Shown piece by piece: positions 19,153-28,024 of a DNA stretch of 64,000 bases. Made by a program: the position numbers and the translations under genes. The stretch is from Dehalococcoidia bacterium. Its GTDB lineage: Bacteria; Chloroflexota; Dehalococcoidia; SM23-28-2; RBG-16-64-32. The notes below the pieces were generated by a model. It saw only the letters and a program-made list of their open reading frames with translations, was not told the origin of the DNA and searched no databases. Where the stretch lies: the NCBI GenBank assembly GCA_963665775.2, contig CAXXTF010000002.1, positions 480,001 to 544,000 on the forward strand, in the 5' to 3' direction. Each line of letters opens with the position of its first letter. The stretch's first letter is position 1.

Positions 19153-19941
19153 ATGGCTGAATTAACCCTGTCGGAAGCCGCAGCACGATTCGCAGCTAGC
19201 TTGAGGGATGACGCTCCCGCCTCCACGGCGGTCGTAGTGAACCGGTTCGTGCGATGGTATGGCCCCGACCTCCCGTTAAGCCAACTGCGCGGTCATCAGG
19301 TTTCCCTCTACGCGGATGTCCTGGGCGCAGCCGCTACCGAGGCGAACCGTCGCGCGGACCAGGTAAAGTCCTTCTTGGCCTATCTCAAGAAGGAGGAGCT
19401 GCTAGCAGCAAACCTGGCGCCGCACCTGCGGTTGCGCAAGGCCGGCAAGGCCAAGAAGGGGACAGAGGGCCCATCTCAGGCGACGGTGAAGCTGACCCGT
19501 GAGGGGGAAAGGGCGCTACAAGCCGAGCTGGAGATGCTGGTCGAGCAGCGAGTCGCGGTCCGTCACGATATTCGACTCGCGATGGCGGACAAGGATTTCC
19601 GAGAGAACTCTCCGCTCGATGCTGCCAAGGAGAGGCAGGGCCACATTGAGGCGCGAATCCGGGATCTGGAGGGGACGCTGAGAGGTGCGGCGGTGGTAGA
19701 TGAGGCGGGCCAGGACGGCCGTATACGGGTAGGGAGCACGGTAGTGGTGAAGAACCTGAAAACCGAAACTGTGACGCGCTATACGATTGTGGGGCCGAAG
19801 GAGACGAACGCCGCCGACGGCAAGATATCAAGCGAGTCTCCGGTTGGTAAAGCCCTGTTGGAGCGTGGTGCCGGGGACGAGGTGCAGGTTTCGGCTCCGG
19901 CAGGGGCGTTGCGTATTCGGGTGGAGGAGGTCGAGGGCTAA
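19153..19941 (+). CDS. greA: Transcription elongation factor GreA with ~105-aa N-terminal extension
   Basis: LTREG...L..EL..L, A.A..DFRENS..DAAKE.Q, YTIVGP.E..AADGKIS.ESPVGKALL. Confidence 0.92.
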   Translation: MAELTLSEAAARFAASLRDDAPASTAVVVNRFVRWYGPDLPLSQLRGHQVSLYADVLGAAATEANRRADQVKSFLAYLKKEELLAANLAPHLRLRKAGKAKKGTEGPSQATVKLTREGERALQAELEMLVEQRVAVRHDIRLAMADKDFRENSPLDAAKERQGHIEARIRDLEGTLRGAAVVDEAGQDGRIRVGSTVVVKNLKTETVTRYTIVGPKETNAADGKISSESPVGKALLERGAGDEVQVSAPAGALRIRVEEVEG

Positions 19942-19962
19942 AGCTCCGTCGGCAGTGAGGAT

Positions 19963-19994
19963 AGAGTCTGCCCAGGGGGCAGGCTCTTTTGTTT
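19963..19994 (+). terminator. Intrinsic terminator after greA
   Basis: AGAGTCTGCC-loop-GGCAGGCTCT followed by TTTGTTT. Confidence 0.75.
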
Positions 19995-20083
19995 CCTACC
20001 GCTGAGGGCGAGGGGAGGGAGTCGTCGGTGAGGGCGGCTTCGTGAAGAGAATCCGGCGCTGTTGCCTGGGCGTATCCTCTATA

Positions 20084-20104
20084 GCAACGATGTTCGATCG
20101 TTGC
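20084..20104. promoter_or_regulatory. Perfect 8-bp inverted repeat, operator candidate
   Basis: GCAACGAT-N5-ATCGTTGC just downstream of a TATCCT -10-like box, upstream of the DUF3179 gene. Confidence 0.45.
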
Positions 20105-20185
20105 AGTTTCGGGGGCTGCGGTGGAGCACGATAGGACGGGCGGAGTGGCTGGCAGCCCATCCGCAGCCCCCTTCCTCCTCATGGC

Positions 20186-21421
20186 GTGAAAGTGTTGCTG
20201 ATGGATGCATCGAGAATGGTGCGGAGGCTAGTCTTCCTGGCGCCGGTGGCAGCGCTGGTGACAGCAGCCTGTCTGGGAGCTGGGGCGGGTGACGGCGACT
20301 CCGCCACTCCTCCTACGGACGAGGCTGGGAGTACGGAGAAGCCGACAGTGGTGGGCATACCGCCTGTGGTGGGCTGGGCCACGGACTGGACGAAGAGCAG
20401 CATCGATCTGAGGGAGCTGATCCTGGGCCTCCGTGCTCCAGACCCGCGAGATCTCATCTCGCCTCTGGACGCACCTACCTTTGAAACGGTAGAAGAGGCG
20501 TCCCAGTGGCTGGCGGATCGGGAGCCGGTGCTGCGGCTGGAGTTGGCTGGTGAGGTGCGGGCCTATCCCCTGCAGATCCTGACCAGGCACGAGATCGCGA
20601 ACGACCAGGTGGGAGATATCCCCATAGCCGTCACCTATTGCCCTCTGTGCAACAGCGCCTTGGTGTTCGAGCGCACGGTGGACGGGCGGGTGCTGCGGTT
20701 CGGCGTGTCCGGGTTGTTACGCAAGAGTGACCTGGTGATGTGGGACCGACAGACGGAGTCGCTGTGGCAGCAGATCACCGGCGAAGCGATCGTGGGCGAG
20801 CTGACCGGCACGCAACTTGAGTTCGTGCCGTCGTCGATCATCCGTTGGTCGGAGTTCAAGGAAAGCTTCCCTGATGGGCAAGTGCTCTCACGGAACACGG
20901 GCTTCCCACTCGCTTATTACAACCCCTACGTCGGCTACGACCAGGGCCGGATGGGCGCCTTCTTGTTCGACGGCGAGATCGACGAGCGCTTTCCGGCGTT
21001 CGAGCGGGTTGTGGGCCTGAGGGTAGGGGACACGACGAAGGCGTACCCCTTCAGCACTATCTCCGGGGAGCGCGCGGTCAACGACGACGTGGCCGGACAG
21101 CCCGTCCTGGTGTTATGGGGGGCCGAGGACACGGCCTCCGCTCTCGATAGCAGCGATATCGCCGAGGGCCGGTCAGTGGGGGTCGGGGTGGCCTACCTGC
21201 GGACGATGGAAGGCCAGCTGCTTACCTTCAAGGCTAACGGAGGCGACACCTTCGTGGACCTGGAGACGGGTACCACCTGGGACCTGCTGGGTAGGGCGAT
21301 AGCAGGGCCCCTGGAGGGGAAGCAACTGACAGCAGCGGTCCACACCAACGAGTTGTGGTTCGCCTGGGCTGCATTCAACCCGAACTCACCCGTGTACGGA
21401 GACGAGACGGCCAACACCTAG
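20186..21421 (+). CDS. DUF3179-domain lipoprotein
   Basis: Lipobox VTAAC, RAYPLQILTRHEIAND, TYCPLCNSA, FGVSGLL..SDLVMWDRQTESLWQQITG, WFAWAAF.P. Confidence 0.92.
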   Translation: MKVLLMDASRMVRRLVFLAPVAALVTAACLGAGAGDGDSATPPTDEAGSTEKPTVVGIPPVVGWATDWTKSSIDLRELILGLRAPDPRDLISPLDAPTFETVEEASQWLADREPVLRLELAGEVRAYPLQILTRHEIANDQVGDIPIAVTYCPLCNSALVFERTVDGRVLRFGVSGLLRKSDLVMWDRQTESLWQQITGEAIVGELTGTQLEFVPSSIIRWSEFKESFPDGQVLSRNTGFPLAYYNPYVGYDQGRMGAFLFDGEIDERFPAFERVVGLRVGDTTKAYPFSTISGERAVNDDVAGQPVLVLWGAEDTASALDSSDIAEGRSVGVGVAYLRTMEGQLLTFKANGGDTFVDLETGTTWDLLGRAIAGPLEGKQLTAAVHTNELWFAWAAFNPNSPVYGDETANT

Positions 21422-21677
21422 CCGGGCCGGAGGATCTTCGGCAGCAGGCTCCTCGCGGCCGCTGGGTACCAAGGGCTTGATCCTTGGCGAGTTGATCCAG
21501 GTAGCAACGTCGTTGCAGTAGGGCCGCACAAGGATGCTGCCGCCGACCACGATCACGGCTATCCGCGTAAGGGAATCCGCGTCCGCGATGACGGCGGATA
21601 CGACGACGCCAACGCTGATGGCAGCCGTAAGAGGCTAGAGGCTGGGTCGTTGAAACGATTGTGTCGTATTCTCAGAC

Positions 21678-22190
21678 CTACTCGACGATGACGGTGCCGG
21701 TCATCTCGGTGGGGTGAAAGTCACATCGGAAATCGAAGGTGCCAGGCTCCTCAGGTGCGGTCCAAGTGAGGACGGCGCTGTCACCGGGACTGAGGGCGGC
21801 GGGGTCTGAGCACGGTTCGTCGCCGCCGACTTCGCACAATGTGGCGTCGAATGTATTGTCGGTGCCTGCAATGTGCATGTTGTGCAGGGACTGGCCGTTG
21901 TTCGTGAGGTTAAAGGTTAGTTGCTGGCCGGGGCTGACGGTGAACTCGTCGGCCTCGAAGAAGTTGTCGCCCTGCTACACATCGAAAGTGGCGGGCCCAG
22001 CCGGTGTCGGCGTAGCGGTGGCGGCCGGTGTGGGTGTCTCGGTGGGCGTTGGCGTCGCCGTGCTGGTCGGTGTCCCGCCGTCTCCGTTATCGTCGCCGCC
22101 ACAGGCGGCGGCCACGAGCGCGAGGGCGAGGATAACGATGGCGGGGATGAGGAAGCTCCTCAGCCTACGGTCGGCTATTGGTTTGGGCAC
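21678..22190 (-). pseudogene. Cupredoxin (type-1 copper) lipoprotein interrupted by one in-frame TAG at 21975-21977
   Basis: Lipobox VAAAC and PT linker, then ATFDV*QGDNFF...NNGQSLHNM...FRCDFHPTEMTGTV, all in one frame. Confidence 0.8.
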
Positions 22191-22230
22191 GCGGTCATAC
22201 CTCCCTTAGGGCGATGGTGCTGGCACATCA

Positions 22231-23145
22231 TCACAGGAGAGTATCCACCATGACCGCCACGAAGAGCAAGGCCAAGTAATAGAGGGAATACTTGAAGAGG
22301 CGGAGGGCGTGGTGGTTCGATGGCTCGCGCCAGAGCCTGTAGGCGAGGAAGACGAACGGACCACCCAGCGCGAGCGAGGCTCCCAGGTAGAGGTATCCGA
22401 TCGCCGAGCTGGTCACCAGTAGCGTGGAGACCACGACCAGGAGAATGGCGTAGACGAGGATATGGACGGTTGTTTCGTGGACCCCGCGGGTGAGCGGAAG
22501 CATAGGCACGCCCGCTCGCTCGTAGTCCGATGAGTAGACCAGGGCCAGGGCCCAGAAGTGAGGCGGCGTCCAGATGAGGATGATGCCGAACAGGATGAAG
22601 GCGGGCAGATCGAGGGAGCCGGTGACGGCCGCCCAACCCACGAGAGGAGGCATGGCGCCGGCAGCACCCCCGATCACGATGTTCTGGGCTGTGGTGCGTT
22701 TGAGCCAGACCGTATAGATGATGATATAGAAGGTGTTGGCTCCCAGCGCCAGCAGGGCGGCCAGGGTGTTGACGAAGGCCTCCAGCGTAAGGACACCGGC
22801 GGCGCCCACAAGGAGGCCGAAAAGGAGGGCGTGCTCGGCCTCCAGGCGGCCCGCGGGCAGCGGTCGGCTGCGGGTGCGGTTCATCAGCCTATCGATGTCC
22901 CTGTCCAGGTAGCAGTTAATGGTGTTGGCCCCGCCGGCCGTGAGAGCGCCACCAACGAGGGTGATGGCGATGAGCCATAAAGACGGGATTCCCGCCGCCG
23001 CCAACACCATGGCAGGCACCGTCGTGACAAGCAGGAGGACGATGATACGCGGTTTGGTGAGCCGCAGGTAGGCGACGACGACCTCCCGCCACAAGCGGAG
23101 TCGAGGTCGGGGGATGAGGCCAGCTACCTGCGGTCCGACGGCCAT
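22231..23145 (-). CDS. ctaB: Protoheme IX farnesyltransferase (heme O synthase)
   Basis: LTKPRII.LL, N...DRDID..M.RT..RPLP.G, QNIVIGGAAGA.PPLVGWAA, WTPPHFWALA. Confidence 0.96.
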   Translation of the reverse strand: MAVGPQVAGLIPRPRLRLWREVVVAYLRLTKPRIIVLLLVTTVPAMVLAAAGIPSLWLIAITLVGGALTAGGANTINCYLDRDIDRLMNRTRSRPLPAGRLEAEHALLFGLLVGAAGVLTLEAFVNTLAALLALGANTFYIIIYTVWLKRTTAQNIVIGGAAGAMPPLVGWAAVTGSLDLPAFILFGIILIWTPPHFWALALVYSSDYERAGVPMLPLTRGVHETTVHILVYAILLVVVSTLLVTSSAIGYLYLGASLALGGPFVFLAYRLWREPSNHHALRLFKYSLYYLALLFVAVMVDTLL

Positions 23146-23146
23146 A

Positions 23147-24088
23147 TTAGGATTCCTTCACCAGTACCGGTACGGGTGCGGTTTGGGTGACGTGGTAAGG
23201 CGCGACCCCGTAGTAAGCGGAGGCCGTCAGGATCACCAGGGAGGCCCAGATAGCGGCGGCGATCCCCAGGTGAGCGGCAGCCAGGGCCGGTTCGAGGCGG
23301 GACCAGACGTTGGCCGCGCCCACCATGACCTGCAGCGCGTACAGAGCGGGCGTCAAGGCGGCGGCGACCGTAAGGAGGCCGAAGCCCCTCTCATATCGCC
23401 AGGCCTGAACCGCCAGGGCGAGGACGAGAAAGCCCACGAACGCGGCTGCCAGGCGGTGAAGGAGATGGATGTTGGCCAGCCGCCCCCCCTCTGGCAAAAG
23501 GCTGCCGTTGAACAGGGGCCAATCAGAGAAGGCCAGCCCGGCGCCGGCGCCGGTCACGTAGGAGCCGGACAGGATGAGGGCGAAACTCCCCGCAGCGGCC
23601 ACCAGGGCCAGCGCTGGGAACCGGCTGGAGGTGGCCCTGGGTCTGGCACCCTCGTCCAGGAAGAATGTGGCGACGGTTGTGATCAGCAGCGTGGCCAGGA
23701 GGGCCAGGGCCAAAGCCAGGTGAGCGGTAACGATTTCGGCGGGGAGCTCCAGGTTGACGGTGACGCCTCCCAGCAGGACCTGAGCGATGAGCAGGACGAG
23801 GGCCAGGCCGGCGGGGACGAGAACCGTCATCTGCGTCCGGTATGAGCGCCAGGCACCGATGGTGGAGGCGAGGATCAGAAAGCCCACAATCGTGGCGACC
23901 ATGCGGTGCGAGTATTCGATGAGTACCTCGCGCTCCAGGGGTGGGATCACCTGCCCGTGGCAGAGAGGCCAGTCGGGACAGCCCAGCCCTGACTCGGTGA
24001 TGCGAACGACTCCGCCCAGTATGATGAGGGCGAAGGTGGCGATGGACGTAACTATGAGGAGCTTCTGATAGCCGTTGGTACGAATCAT
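23147..24088 (-). CDS. ctaA: Heme A synthase (COX15/CtaA)
   Basis: GGVVR.TESGLGCPDWPLC.G, EYSHR and conserved His residues; start reassigned to ATG 24088. Confidence 0.93.
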   Translation of the reverse strand: MIRTNGYQKLLIVTSIATFALIILGGVVRITESGLGCPDWPLCHGQVIPPLEREVLIEYSHRMVATIVGFLILASTIGAWRSYRTQMTVLVPAGLALVLLIAQVLLGGVTVNLELPAEIVTAHLALALALLATLLITTVATFFLDEGARPRATSSRFPALALVAAAGSFALILSGSYVTGAGAGLAFSDWPLFNGSLLPEGGRLANIHLLHRLAAAFVGFLVLALAVQAWRYERGFGLLTVAAALTPALYALQVMVGAANVWSRLEPALAAAHLGIAAAIWASLVILTASAYYGVAPYHVTQTAPVPVLVKES

Positions 24089-24434
24089 CCGGCTCCGTTC
24101 CCCTGGAGCGCTTTGGGCAGGCTGGTTGGAGCGCGCCGGGCGCGGACGGCGACGCCTAGGCGACGCATCTGGGCACCTTCTCGCTGGAACCAGAGACGGA
24201 GCATGGAGCCTGAGTTCCTTTCCTGGCGCGACCAACGACCGTTGTGTATGGGACTCCTTCGCTCCAATTATCATAATCGAGGAATTCATGTCAAGGAACA
24301 CAGTAGAGATGAAATCGGGTCAGGACACGGGTAATCGCCGCCCTGGTGTCCTCGTCTATAATGGCGGCGAGATTGACCGGGTAGGGTGTCCGTGGTAGCC
24401 TAAAGTGTAGACGCCACACTAAGTCATTATCACG

Positions 24435-26171
24435 ATGCATAAGCTGAGAGTCGGTCTGGCCCAGATCAACACCACGGTTGGGGACCTGGAAGGGAACGTC
24501 CAGAAGGTCCTGGCGTACCTGGATCGCGCCCGCGAGCTGGCGGTGGACGTGGTCTCCTTCCCGGAGCTGACGGTGACCGGCTATCCGTCGGAGGACCTTC
24601 TGCTGCGACCCAGCTTCGTGCGGGATAACCTGGCTGCCCTGCAGTCGGTGGTCCGTGGCTGTAGCGGGATCACGGCTGTCCTGGGGTTCGTCGACCTCGA
24701 CGATGGCGACATCTATAACGCGGCGGCGGTCATCCACGACGGCAGGCTGGCCGGGGTGTACCACAAGCAATACCTCCCGAACTACGGGGTGTTCGACGAG
24801 TTCCGCTACTTTCGCTCCGGCACCGAAAACCCGGTGTACACAGTGGCCGGGGTCGGTGTTGGGATCAACGTCTGCGAGGACATCTGGTACCCCGGGGACC
24901 CTACGCGGGCTCAGGCGTTCGGGGGGGCGCAGGTGATCATCAACATCAACGGCTCGCCGTATCACGCAGGGAAGCGCCGCTTCCGCCAGCAGATGCTGGC
25001 GACGCGGGCCAGCGACTACGGCATATTCGTCTGCTACACGAACCAGGTGGGCGGCCAGGACGAGCTCGTGTTCGATGGCGGGTCGATGGTGCTGAACGCC
25101 GCTGGGGAGGTAGTGGCGCGGGCGGCGATGTTCGAGGAGGAGCTGCTGGTATGCGATCTGGACGTGGAGGAGGCGCTGAGGAGGCATCTCCACGACCCGC
25201 GCCAGCGGCGGGAGCGAACCGCCTACGCGGCGGCGCAAGAGGCGCCGCGCTCGCTCCTGAGCGAGGCCCCGTTCGTCACCGATAAGGCCTCGTTGGCACC
25301 GCGCCTGGCGCCCGCCCCAGAGGAAGAAGCGGAGGTCTACGCTGCCCTGGTGACGGGCACCGGGGACTATCTCCGAAAGACCGGCTTCGATAAGGCCGTT
25401 ATCGCTCTCTCCGGCGGTATCGATTCCAGCCTGGTGGCCACAGTGGCCGTGGACACTTTGGGCAAACAGAACGTCACCGGCGTAGCCATGCCCTCTCGCT
25501 ACTCCTCCGAGGGGAGCATCAAGGACGCCAGGGAGCTGTCTGACAACCTGGGAATCGAGTTCATGATCATCCCGATCGAACCGGCCCACGCGGCCTATCT
25601 GGAGATGCTGGAGGGACCCTTCGCCGGCGGCGAGTCGGGGGCTGCCGAGGAGAACATCCAGTCGCGCGTCCGGGGCAACATCATCATGGCCCTCTCCAAC
25701 CGATTCGGCTGGCTGGTGCTGACCACGGGGAACAAGAGCGAGATGGCCACCGGATACGCCACCCTGTACGGCGACATGGCCGGCGGGTTCGCCGTGATCA
25801 AGGACGTGCCGAAGACGTTGGTCTACCGGCTGTCGCGCTATCGGAACACGTCAGGGGAGCGACCCGTGATTCCGGCGAGCGTGCTTACCAAGCCGCCATC
25901 GGCGGAGCTGAAGCCGGATCAGCTCGATCAGGATACGCTACCACCGTACGAGCTGCTGGACCCGATCCTGGAGGCGTATGTGGAGGAAGACCGGAGTGTC
26001 GCGGAGATCGTGGCCCTGGGGTACGATTACGCCACCGTAGTGCGGGTGATCCAGATGGTGAACCGAAACGAGTACAAGCGGCGGCAGGCGCCGCCGGGGG
26101 TGAAGATCACGCCGCGGGCCTTCGGGCGGGACCGGCGGATCCCCATCGCCAACCGGTATCAGGGGTTCTAG
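24435..26171 (+). CDS. nadE: Glutamine-dependent NAD+ synthetase
   Basis: Nitrilase domain (FPEL, K..LPNYGVFDE, CEDIW) plus SGGIDS, ENIQSR.RG, TTGNKSE, PSAEL. Confidence 0.97.
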   Translation: MHKLRVGLAQINTTVGDLEGNVQKVLAYLDRARELAVDVVSFPELTVTGYPSEDLLLRPSFVRDNLAALQSVVRGCSGITAVLGFVDLDDGDIYNAAAVIHDGRLAGVYHKQYLPNYGVFDEFRYFRSGTENPVYTVAGVGVGINVCEDIWYPGDPTRAQAFGGAQVIININGSPYHAGKRRFRQQMLATRASDYGIFVCYTNQVGGQDELVFDGGSMVLNAAGEVVARAAMFEEELLVCDLDVEEALRRHLHDPRQRRERTAYAAAQEAPRSLLSEAPFVTDKASLAPRLAPAPEEEAEVYAALVTGTGDYLRKTGFDKAVIALSGGIDSSLVATVAVDTLGKQNVTGVAMPSRYSSEGSIKDARELSDNLGIEFMIIPIEPAHAAYLEMLEGPFAGGESGAAEENIQSRVRGNIIMALSNRFGWLVLTTGNKSEMATGYATLYGDMAGGFAVIKDVPKTLVYRLSRYRNTSGERPVIPASVLTKPPSAELKPDQLDQDTLPPYELLDPILEAYVEEDRSVAEIVALGYDYATVVRVIQMVNRNEYKRRQAPPGVKITPRAFGRDRRIPIANRYQGF

Positions 26172-26800
26172 TGGACGGAGCGAGCCGCAATATCGCTGCC
26201 GTCTTCTTCGACTTCGGCGGCGTCATCGACTCCCTAAACCAGGAGGAGATGAGCCAGCTGGAGGGGCGATACGGGTTGCCGGAGGGCGGGTTTCCGCAAG
26301 CGATGTACGAAATCCCAGAGTGGCGAGCGCTGGAGGTGGGAAAGGGCAGTGAGGAGGCCTGGCTGGAGGCCGCGGGACGCAAGCTGGACGAGCTGGCGGG
26401 TCGGCCCATCCCAGGCATCCGTGAGGAGTGGTCGCGGATTTCGCGCCGGCTGGACGCCCCAGTTGTGGATCTGGCGGAGCGACTGCGGCGACGCTATCGG
26501 GTGGGCCTGATCTCCAACGCTGCCTTGGACTTGGAGGATATCCTGCGCGATGATCTCCAGATCGACCACCTGTTCGAGGTGGTCGTCAACTCGGCGCGGG
26601 TGGGGATAGCTAAGCCGGACCCGCGCATCTTCCGCCTGGCCGCCGAGCGGGTGGGGCTGGAGCCAGCGGCTTGCCTGCACATCGACGACTTCTGGCCGAA
26701 CGTCCATGGCGCCCGGGAGGCGGGCTTCCAGGCCATCCACTATGATGGCGACTGCGCGGTGCTGGAGCGGGAGCTGCGGTCGCTGGGTGTGGAGTGGTAG
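26171..26800 (+). CDS. HAD-family phosphatase
   Basis: FFDFGGV, ISN, S..VG.AKPDPRIF, IDD...NV.GA. Confidence 0.92.
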   Translation: MDGASRNIAAVFFDFGGVIDSLNQEEMSQLEGRYGLPEGGFPQAMYEIPEWRALEVGKGSEEAWLEAAGRKLDELAGRPIPGIREEWSRISRRLDAPVVDLAERLRRRYRVGLISNAALDLEDILRDDLQIDHLFEVVVNSARVGIAKPDPRIFRLAAERVGLEPAACLHIDDFWPNVHGAREAGFQAIHYDGDCAVLERELRSLGVEW

Positions 26801-26872
26801 GAAAGCCCGAGGGCCGCGTTCAGCGGGAAAACGGGAATCTCTAAATAGTGTTGGCTAGGCCGCTCGTCTGTG

Positions 26873-26902
26873 TTGACAGGCTGCTCTGCCGTCTGGTAGG
26901 CT
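26873..26902 (+). promoter_or_regulatory. Sigma70-type promoter of the A-type Fe-S carrier gene
   Basis: TTGACA-N18-TAGGCT with extended TG. Confidence 0.55.
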
Positions 26903-26940
26903 GAAGATGCTGTATATAGGCTGAAGATGCTGTATATAGG
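26897..26940. repeat. Perfect 20-bp tandem duplication
   Basis: TAGGCTGAAGATGCTGTATA twice, plus TAGG. Confidence 0.95.
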
Positions 26941-26969
26941 AAGTATAAACTAGAGAAAGAGGTGGAAGC

Positions 26970-27329
26970 ATGGTTAGCATCACTGATAAGGCTGCCGCCA
27001 AAGCAAAGGGTATGTTTGAGGAGAAGGGGATTAGTGGGGGCGCCCTTCGCGTGTTCGTGGTAGGCGGCGGCTGCTCCGGCTACTCCTACGGGATGGCGAT
27101 CGCCAAGGAGTTCGAGGAAGACGATCTGGTGTTCGAGGACGCCGGCGTGAAGCTCGTCCTCGATCCCGAGAGCGCCCCCCTGTTAGATGGCGCCGAAATC
27201 GACTACGTTGAGGACCTCATGAAGTCCGGCTTCACCATCAACAACCCCAACGCTGTCTCCTCCTGCGCCTGTGGCACCAGCTTCCAGACGGCTGAGGGTG
27301 GCGGTCAGGCAGCGGCCTGCTCCCACTAG
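26970..27329 (+). CDS. A-type Fe-S cluster carrier (IscA/SufA/ErpA)
   Basis: LRVFV.GGGCSG.SY and NPNA..SCACG.SF. Confidence 0.95.
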   Translation: MVSITDKAAAKAKGMFEEKGISGGALRVFVVGGGCSGYSYGMAIAKEFEEDDLVFEDAGVKLVLDPESAPLLDGAEIDYVEDLMKSGFTINNPNAVSSCACGTSFQTAEGGGQAAACSH

Positions 27330-27349
27330 ACTCCGTATAGGGACACATG

Positions 27350-27379
27350 AGGGCCCGATGCCAAGCGTCGGGCCCTTTA
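27350..27379 (+). terminator. Intrinsic terminator
   Basis: AGGGCCCGATGC-CAA-GCGTCGGGCCCT-TT. Confidence 0.7.
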
Positions 27380-27467
27380 ACGTTGGGGGCTGAACCGGAC
27401 TCGATATCGGCTGGCCAGCGTTCGATGGGCCGGCCACGAGGGTAACCACTCGCAGGGCGGAGGAGCC

Positions 27468-27917
27468 ATGGCTTACTGGATCGTCGTTTGCTCGGAGGAG
27501 AACATGCGGATCGCCGAGGCGCGGGGTTTCGACATCTTCGGCTTCAAAAGCACCCGCTCGCGGCAGGCCGCCCAGATCAAACCCGGCGATAAGCTGATCT
27601 TCTATCTGACCGGCATCATGAAGTTCGGCGGCCTGGCCACCGTCACCTCGGACTCCTTCGAGGATCACAGGCCCCTATTCAAGAGCAAGAAGCCAAGCGA
27701 GGACTACCCCTTCCGGGTGCGGACGCAGGCCGACGTGATCCTGGAGGTTGAGCAGTACCTGGATGTCAGGGAGATCGCGCCGCAGTTGCAGTATCCGAAG
27801 AAATGGCCGCCGGAGCACTGGCGGCTCGCCTTCCAGGGGAACCTGCATCAGATTCCGGAAGAGGATTACGAGCTGATCGTCTCGCTGACGCGACAGGCGG
27901 TGGCGGTCAGGACGTAG
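27468..27917 (+). CDS. EVE-domain (PUA-like) protein
   Basis: MAYWI, IKPGDKLIFY, YPFRV, W...FQG..HQI.EEDY. Confidence 0.85.
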   Translation: MAYWIVVCSEENMRIAEARGFDIFGFKSTRSRQAAQIKPGDKLIFYLTGIMKFGGLATVTSDSFEDHRPLFKSKKPSEDYPFRVRTQADVILEVEQYLDVREIAPQLQYPKKWPPEHWRLAFQGNLHQIPEEDYELIVSLTRQAVAVRT

Positions 27918-28024
27918 GAGATGCTTCAGCCCCTTTCTCGGCCTTATTCGTGACAGACTGGCCCCCCGGCCATCGCAACCTCCCGATTGCCAGGCAGTCC
28001 ACTATCCGATAAGCTGAACCCACC

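Noticed and set aside
21430-21640. Hydrophobic minus-strand frame (PLTAAISVGVVVSAV...)
   Set aside because: No start codon and no recognisable family; at most a decayed membrane-gene fragment.
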